This document shows, one piece after another, positions 26,269-32,000 of a DNA stretch of 32,000 bases. Origin of the DNA: Acinetobacter wanghuae (GTDB taxonomy: Bacteria; Pseudomonadota; Gammaproteobacteria; Pseudomonadales; Moraxellaceae). The translations under genes and the position numbers were made by a program. The notes beneath the pieces were generated by a model. The model was given only the letters and a program-made list of their open reading frames with translations, searched no databases and was not told where the DNA came from. The stretch's first letter is position 1; each line of letters opens with the position of its first letter. The DNA is taken from the NCBI RefSeq assembly GCF_009557235.1, contig NZ_CP045650.1:990001-1022000 (forward strand), read 5' to 3'.

Positions 26269-28290
26269 GTGAGTGAAAAAATCCCATTTCAACTGGTGAC
26301 CGATTATCAACCTGCAGGTGATCAGCCTCAAGCCATCGAAAAATTAGTCAAAGGCATTGAGCAGGGTTATCACGATCAACTTTTATTGGGTGTCACCGGT
26401 TCCGGTAAAACCTACACCATGGCAAATGTGATTGCGCGTACGCAGCGCCCGACCATCGTCATGGCACACAATAAAACGCTTGCAGCACAGCTCTATGGCG
26501 AATTTAAAGCATTTTTCCCGAATAACGCGGTTGAATACTTCGTCAGTTATTACGATTATTATCAGCCTGAAGCCTATGTGCCATCTTCCGATACATTTAT
26601 TGAGAAAGATGCTGCTATTAATGATCATATTGACCAAATGCGTTTGTCTGCAACACGGGCATTACTCGAACGTCGAGATGCGATTATTGTTGCGTCAGTC
26701 TCTGCGATTTATGGTTTGGGTGACCCTAATGCGTATATGAGCATGTTATTGCATATTGTGCAGGGTGACCGGCTGAATCGTGATGAGATTATTCGTCGTT
26801 TGGTCGAAATGCAATATAGCCGTAACGAGCTTGAATTCTTACGCGGTACGTACCGTATTCGTGGTGAAATTATTGATATTTTCCCTGCGGAATCGGATAA
26901 AGACGCCATTCGTATTGAACTCTTCGATGATGAAGTCGACTCCATCCGTTGGTTTGATCCATTAACTGGAAAAATGGTGCGTAAAGTGCCACGCGTCACG
27001 ATTTATCCAAAAAGCCATTATGTAACACCTAAGGATAATTTAGCCCGCGCCATAGAAACTATTCGTGAAGAGCTCAAAGAGCGTTTGGTATTTTTCCGTG
27101 AAAATGACAAATTGCTTGAAGCGCAGCGCATTGAACAGCGAACTCGTTATGATTTAGAAATGATGCAGCAATTGGGATATACCAACGGCATCGAAAACTA
27201 TTCACGGCATTTATCGGGTCGACCAAGCGGGGAAGCACCACCGACTTTATTTGATTATATTCCCGATGATGCATTGCTAATTATTGATGAATCGCATGTC
27301 ACGGTGTCGCAGATTGGTGCGATGTACAAAGGTGACCGTTCACGTAAAGAAAATTTAGTGAATTATGGTTTCCGCTTACCGAGTGCACTCGATAATCGCC
27401 CTATGAAATTTGAAGAATGGGAACGTATTGTACCGACGACGGTATATGTGAGTGCCACGCCTGCGCATTATGAATTGGAAAAATCTCAACAAATTGTTGA
27501 ACAAGTGGTGCGTCCAACAGGTTTGATTGATCCTGAAATTGAAATTCGTCCTGTATTGACTCAAGTCGATGATGTGTTGTCTGAGATTAACTTACGTAAA
27601 GATTTAAATGAGCGGGTCTTGGTGACGACATTGACCAAGCGTATGGCGGAAGATTTAACGTCTTATTTAAAAGAATATGGCATTAAAGTGGCATATTTGC
27701 ATTCTGATATCGACACTGTAGAACGCGTGAAGATTATTCATGAATTACGTACCGGTGTGCATGATGTACTCATTGGCATTAACTTGTTGCGTGAAGGTTT
27801 AGATATGCCAGAAGTATCTTTGGTTGCCATTTTAGATGCCGATAAAGAAGGTTTCTTACGCTCTGAACGTTCACTCATTCAAACGATTGGGCGTGCTGCA
27901 CGTAACTTAAAAGGGCGTGCGATTTTATATGCAGATCGCATTACCGATTCTATGCGTAAAGCCATTGATGAGACTGATCGCCGTCGTGCCAAGCAAATTC
28001 AATACAATGAAGAACATGGCATCACACCACGCAGTGCTGTTCGCCAAATTATCAAAGAAATTGATACAGGCGAAGTGCTAGATGATGATCAAATTGATGA
28101 AAATATCTCACAACAAGCGCGCGCACTAAGTGCGGATGAACGCCATATTTTGGCAAATCCGAAGATGTTAGCGAAACATATGAGCAAGCTTGAAAAAGAG
28201 ATGCTCAAAGCATCGAAAGATTTACAGTTTGAACAAGCTGCTCGTTTACGAGATGAGATTTTACGTTTAAAAGCGCAAATGCTGAGTTAA
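26269..28290 (+). CDS. uvrB: Excinuclease ABC subunit B
   Basis: Motifs include Walker [29 protein letters not shown] and helicase motifs, plus the C-terminal UVR domain ([11 protein letters not shown]). The start is GTG at 26269. Confidence 0.97.
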   Translation: MSEKIPFQLVTDYQPAGDQPQAIEKLVKGIEQGYHDQLLLGVTGSGKTYTMANVIARTQRPTIVMAHNKTLAAQLYGEFKAFFPNNAVEYFVSYYDYYQPEAYVPSSDTFIEKDAAINDHIDQMRLSATRALLERRDAIIVASVSAIYGLGDPNAYMSMLLHIVQGDRLNRDEIIRRLVEMQYSRNELEFLRGTYRIRGEIIDIFPAESDKDAIRIELFDDEVDSIRWFDPLTGKMVRKVPRVTIYPKSHYVTPKDNLARAIETIREELKERLVFFRENDKLLEAQRIEQRTRYDLEMMQQLGYTNGIENYSRHLSGRPSGEAPPTLFDYIPDDALLIIDESHVTVSQIGAMYKGDRSRKENLVNYGFRLPSALDNRPMKFEEWERIVPTTVYVSATPAHYELEKSQQIVEQVVRPTGLIDPEIEIRPVLTQVDDVLSEINLRKDLNERVLVTTLTKRMAEDLTSYLKEYGIKVAYLHSDIDTVERVKIIHELRTGVHDVLIGINLLREGLDMPEVSLVAILDADKEGFLRSERSLIQTIGRAARNLKGRAILYADRITDSMRKAIDETDRRRAKQIQYNEEHGITPRSAVRQIIKEIDTGEVLDDDQIDENISQQARALSADERHILANPKMLAKHMSKLEKEMLKASKDLQFEQAARLRDEILRLKAQMLS

Positions 28291-28306
28291 TTTTAAGGTA
28301 ATTAAA

Positions 28307-28348
28307 TTATGTTAGATTTACGTAAATTATATCGTAAATCTAACATAA
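28307..28348. repeat. Perfect 16-bp inverted repeat (AT-rich hairpin) downstream of uvrB
   Basis: TTATGTTAGATTTACG (28307-28322), a 10-nt loop, then CGTAAATCTAACATAA (28333-28348). No T-run follows on the plus strand. It contains a nested 12-bp palindrome ATTTACGTAAAT (28316-28327). Confidence 0.7.
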
Positions 28349-28433
28349 CGCTACACAACTGAAATGCGGATAAGGCTATTTTAAGCATTGATATTTCAAG
28401 TAAATCTGATCTTTTTATAAAATAGGTAGCTTT

Positions 28434-29024
28434 ATGACAACAAAGAATCTCCCCGTTGCTGGTTTAAGATTGGCGAAAATTGCCGTTGGTGGCGCTGTAT
28501 TATTGGGTTTAGGGGCAGCAAGCATGGCGTATGCTAAACCTGCGGACAATTTACCGACTGTTGAAAAAGTAGAACTCGATCGTTATTTGGGTAAATGGTA
28601 CGAAGTTGCGCGTAAACCACTGTCGTTCCAAAAGAAGTGTGATCGTGATGTGACTGCCATGTATACCTTAAATGAAAATGGCAATATTAAAGTCGATAAC
28701 CGTTGTTTCACCAAAGCGGGTGAGCAAACGGGTTCTGTGGGCGAAGCATATGTGCAAAATGCACCGTATAACACCAAATTAAAAGTGAGCTTCTTACCAG
28801 AAGTGATCCGCTGGTTGCCTGTCGGTCGCGGTGATTACTGGGTCCTTAAAATTGACGATGATTATCAAACAGTTTTAGTCGGCGAGCCGAAACGAAAATA
28901 TATGTGGGTACTATCACGTACACCAAATCCAGATCAAAAGGTGGTGGGTGAGTATTTAGAGTATGCAAAATCGGTTGGTTATGACTTAGGTGATGTGATT
29001 CATACCAAGCAAACGCAAAAATAA
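28434..29024 (+). CDS. blc: Bacterial lipocalin (Blc-like)
   Basis: Motifs YLGKWYEVAR, KVSF and YWVLKIDDDYQ..LVG.P.RKYMWVLSRTP are colinear with E. coli Blc. The signal peptide ends ...SMAYA|KP and has no lipobox Cys. Confidence 0.9.
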   Translation: MTTKNLPVAGLRLAKIAVGGAVLLGLGAASMAYAKPADNLPTVEKVELDRYLGKWYEVARKPLSFQKKCDRDVTAMYTLNENGNIKVDNRCFTKAGEQTGSVGEAYVQNAPYNTKLKVSFLPEVIRWLPVGRGDYWVLKIDDDYQTVLVGEPKRKYMWVLSRTPNPDQKVVGEYLEYAKSVGYDLGDVIHTKQTQK

Positions 29025-29035
29025 TAAACACATTT

Positions 29036-29067
29036 AAAAAAGACCATGTTGCGGCATGGTTTTTTTA
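29036..29067 (+). terminator. Rho-independent terminator after blc
   Basis: Stem accatg (29043-29048) pairs with catggt (29055-29060), followed by a T-run to 29067. Confidence 0.7.
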
Positions 29068-29179
29068 TGCCCATATTTTCATAAAAAGTAGAGATACAAC
29101 TTCATTATAAATGATGAATATTCAAGCTTTCGCTTTGACTAATCGTTATAATCCTTGCGAATGATCTTAGGTTTTAGGC

Positions 29180-30115
29180 ATGTATAAAGGCATTGCACTT
29201 TCAGTTTTAGCATCACTTGTTTTTGGTGTTCTGTATATTTTTACGCCTTTTTTGCAGCCTTTAGACAGCGAGCAAACCTTTGCGTGGCGTATGTTAGCCA
29301 CTTTGCCATTTTTAACGGCATTTATGTGGTGGACAGGTGATCTTAAATATGTCGCCGAAATCTTTAAACGCATCCTTAAACAGCCCTCGATTCTCATTTG
29401 GCTCATCATCAGCTCATTACTCTGTACTACACAACTCTGGTTGTTTTTATGGGGACCGATTAACGGTCGCGGCTTAGAGGTTTCCCTTGGGTATTTTTTA
29501 TTGCCTTTAGTGATGGTGTTGGTCGGTTGTATTCTTTATAAAGAGAAAATGTCCAAGTTACAGATTCTTGCCGTCATTTTTGCGGTGATTGGTGTCGGAC
29601 ATGAGATTTGGCGGATTGGTGCGATTGCTTGGGAAACAGTGTATGTGGCATTGGCCTATCCATTATATTTCTTTATGCGCCGTAAATTTGGCACAGACCA
29701 TTTAGGCGGGTTTTGGTGGGATTTATTTTTAATTTTACCTGTGGCGATTTATCTGGGCTTTATCTATTCAGAGTCCATGCCACTGTTCTTTAGCGCGCCA
29801 CATCTCATATTTACCGTACTGGGACTTGGTTTTTTAAGTGCATTGGGCTTGGGAAGTTATATTCTAGCGAGTCGTTATTTACCTTTTGTCGTTTTCGGTT
29901 TACTGAGTTATTTAGAACCTGTGCTATTGGCATTTGCTTCCATGGCATTAGGCGAACGTGTCGAAGCGGGTGAGTGGTTGACGTATATTCCAATTTGGTT
30001 AGCCGTATTTGTGTTAATTGTAGAAGGAATCTTACATTTACGTCAGCAACAGAAAAACAAGCGTGATTTACTAAAAAATGTGGATCAGTTTGAGCAACGT
30101 AAGACACCGCAATAA
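29180..30115 (+). CDS. rarD: EamA/DMT-family permease RarD
   Basis: A 10-TM protein. LEVSLGYFLLPLV matches the RarD signature LEASLGYFINPLV, and the layout is colinear with E. coli RarD. Confidence 0.8.
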   Translation: MYKGIALSVLASLVFGVLYIFTPFLQPLDSEQTFAWRMLATLPFLTAFMWWTGDLKYVAEIFKRILKQPSILIWLIISSLLCTTQLWLFLWGPINGRGLEVSLGYFLLPLVMVLVGCILYKEKMSKLQILAVIFAVIGVGHEIWRIGAIAWETVYVALAYPLYFFMRRKFGTDHLGGFWWDLFLILPVAIYLGFIYSESMPLFFSAPHLIFTVLGLGFLSALGLGSYILASRYLPFVVFGLLSYLEPVLLAFASMALGERVEAGEWLTYIPIWLAVFVLIVEGILHLRQQQKNKRDLLKNVDQFEQRKTPQ

Positions 30116-30435
30116 ATGAGTCTTAGCATCTACATCGATTAAATTAAGTGATCTGTAGATTCGTTAGGAAAACCTCACAAGCTTTGAACATGAAACGTTG
30201 TTTGAATAAACAACATTTAACAAAATTTTGAAATTTGCGTGTGAAAAGTGATTTTTATTATTTTTAAATGCAAAATCATTTAGCTAATTGCAACTATTTC
30301 TCAAATTTATACTGAATATACGGCAAAAAGCCGCCGTCTAAGTCAGCTTTTGATTCAAACTTGCAGCCAATTCCATTACAATTATGGGGTTTTGAAATTT
30401 ATGCCTAGATTTACAACTAATTAGAGGACGTATCT

Positions 30436-31893
30436 GTGAGCAAAGACACTATCGTTGCCCTACATGCAGAGCACCAAGGTCGCTGGAAAAACCGCGAAGA
30501 ATTAGCGGAACGTATGATTGCCCTTGTGGGTCAGTTATATCGCGAAAAAAACATCGTAGCAACAGTATACGGTCGTTCTTTAATCAACCGCTCTGTGATT
30601 CAAATTCTGAAAGCACACCGTCGCGCACGCGTATTGGATGTTGAACTTTCAGTCGTGAACACTTTCCCAATTCTTGAAGCATTGGCTAAAGTTGAGAACA
30701 TCGGTACAGCTGAAATTGATCTAGGCAAACTTGCTGAAGACTTTAAAGCAAAAGGCGGCGATATTGATGCATTCGTTGCGGATGCGGTTCAATCACTACA
30801 AGGCAATGCAGCAACTGTAGAACATAAAGACGTTGTGCTTTATGGTTTCGGTCGTATCGGTCGTATCCTTGCGCGCTTAATGATCAGCCAATCAGGTCTA
30901 GGTCGTGGTCTAAACCTTAAAGCGATTGTTGTTCGTAAATCATCTGATGGTGATTTAGAGAAACGTGCGTCTTTGTTACGTCGTGACTCTATTCACGGTC
31001 CATTTGCAGGTACGATTTCTGTAGATGAAGAAAATGAAGCAATCATCGCAAATGGTAACTTCATTAAAGTGATTTATGCATCTAATCCTTCTGAAGTAGA
31101 TTACACAGCATATGGCATTAACAACGCGCTTGTGATCGACAACACTGGTAAATGGCGTGATTCAGAAGGTCTTGCTCAACACCTTCAATGCCCAGGCGCT
31201 GCACGTGTGATTCTAACTGCACCTGGTAAAGGTGATATGAAGAACGTTGTATTTGGTGTGAACCAAGCGGACATCCTTGATGAAGACAAAATCATCTCTG
31301 CTGCAAGCTGCACAACAAACGCAATCACACCGACACTTAAAGTGTTAAACGACAAATATACTGTGATTAATGGTCACGTTGAAACTGTTCACTCGTTCAC
31401 AAACGACCAGAACTTAATCGACAACTACCATAAAGCGGATCGTCGTGGTCGTGCTGCAACATTGAACATGGTCATTACTGAAACTGGTGCTGCGAAAGCA
31501 GTTGCGAAAGCACTTCCTGCACTTCAAGGTAAATTGACAGGTAATTCTGTACGTGTACCAACACCAAACGTATCGCTTGCTATTCTAAACTTAACGTTAG
31601 ATAAAGAAGTTGATCGTGAAGAAGTGAACGAATACATTCGTCAAATTTCAATCAGCTCGAACCTTCAAGGTCAAATTGGTTATACCAACTCGACTGAAGT
31701 TGTATCATCTGACTTTATCGGTTCACGCACTGCTGGTGTATTTGATGCGCAAGCAACAATCACTTCAGGCAACCGTTTAACAGCTTATGTTTGGTACGAT
31801 AACGAAGTGGGTTATAGCTGCCAAGTATTACGTATTGCTGAACAAATGGGCGGCGTAAGCTATCCAAAAGTTCCTGCTGAAACAAATGCATAA
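30436..31893 (+). CDS. gap: Glyceraldehyde-3-phosphate dehydrogenase, long form with an N-terminal extension of about 130 aa
   Basis: The Rossmann motif VVLYGFGRIGR starts near residue 133. The catalytic motif is SAASCTTNAITP, and WYDNEVGYS is present. The GTG start lies 7 nt after GAGGA. Confidence 0.93.
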   Translation: MSKDTIVALHAEHQGRWKNREELAERMIALVGQLYREKNIVATVYGRSLINRSVIQILKAHRRARVLDVELSVVNTFPILEALAKVENIGTAEIDLGKLAEDFKAKGGDIDAFVADAVQSLQGNAATVEHKDVVLYGFGRIGRILARLMISQSGLGRGLNLKAIVVRKSSDGDLEKRASLLRRDSIHGPFAGTISVDEENEAIIANGNFIKVIYASNPSEVDYTAYGINNALVIDNTGKWRDSEGLAQHLQCPGAARVILTAPGKGDMKNVVFGVNQADILDEDKIISAASCTTNAITPTLKVLNDKYTVINGHVETVHSFTNDQNLIDNYHKADRRGRAATLNMVITETGAAKAVAKALPALQGKLTGNSVRVPTPNVSLAILNLTLDKEVDREEVNEYIRQISISSNLQGQIGYTNSTEVVSSDFIGSRTAGVFDAQATITSGNRLTAYVWYDNEVGYSCQVLRIAEQMGGVSYPKVPAETNA

Positions 31894-31908
31894 TTTGTTT
31901 TAAGTAAT

Positions 31909-31938
31909 AAAAAGAGCCTCATTTGAGGCTCTTTTTTT
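31909..31938 (+). terminator. Rho-independent terminator after gap
   Basis: Stem agagcctc (31913-31920) pairs with gaggctct (31925-31932), followed by a T7 run. Confidence 0.8.
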
Positions 31939-32000
31939 ATGCAAATCTACTCTAAAATGATTGCTCAAGATTCAGATGAAAAGCATCGTTGATACGCCAA

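Noticed and set aside
26077-26331. An 84-aa minus-strand ORF spanning the uvrB upstream region and start codon.
   Set aside because: It overlaps the uvrB 5' end and its control region, has no SD or homology, and its composition is typical of intergenic AT-rich DNA.
29167-29409. An 80-aa minus-strand ORF overlapping the rarD start.
   Set aside because: It is antisense to the clearly conserved RarD N-terminus and has no supporting signals.
31941-32000. A possible 3' end of a convergent minus-strand gene at the window edge. One candidate frame ends ...WRINDAFHLNLEQSF* with its stop at 31952-31954.
   Set aside because: Only about 16 codons are visible, and all three minus-strand frames stay open for a similar length. 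I cannot choose a frame or a product.

Overview
This 32-kb window is an AT-rich chromosomal segment. Its gene content and protein sequences look like an Acinetobacter or other Moraxellaceae core genome; that is my recognition from memory and is not verified. All homology statements rest on my reading of the supplied translations against remembered E. coli and Pseudomonas proteins.

Gene order: ubiC (3' end), ubiA, a lipoprotein alpha/beta-hydrolase, a DUF2726-like protein, four tRNA-Asn(GTT) genes in a duplicated 2+2 array, sodB, a Nif3-family protein and a DegS/AlgW-like protease. Next comes a complete but rearranged Rut pyrimidine-degradation locus: rutD alone, then rutA-rutB-rutC-rutF-rutG plus a beta-hydroxyacid dehydrogenase. 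After that: a doubly disrupted fadE, lipA, sthA, a divergent pirin/LysR pair, a TauD-family dioxygenase, an MFS transporter, a long OmpW-family porin, a small basic ORF, a macro-domain-like protein divergent from uvrB, uvrB, a lipocalin, rarD and a long-form GAPDH.

I see no transposase, integrase, CRISPR array, restriction-modification system or recognisable defence or toxin-antitoxin module, so most of the window is ordinary housekeeping DNA.

The items most worth a second look:
- The Rut locus has two consensus sigma-54 promoters, a RutR-box-like site with no rutR gene nearby, and a non-orthologous substitute for rutE.
- fadE carries two independent inactivating lesions.
- The tRNA-Asn array has two acceptor-stem isodecoders and different promoters on each duplicate.
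- An orphan macro-like protein lies head-to-head with uvrB.
- Two long perfect inverted repeats flank uvrB.
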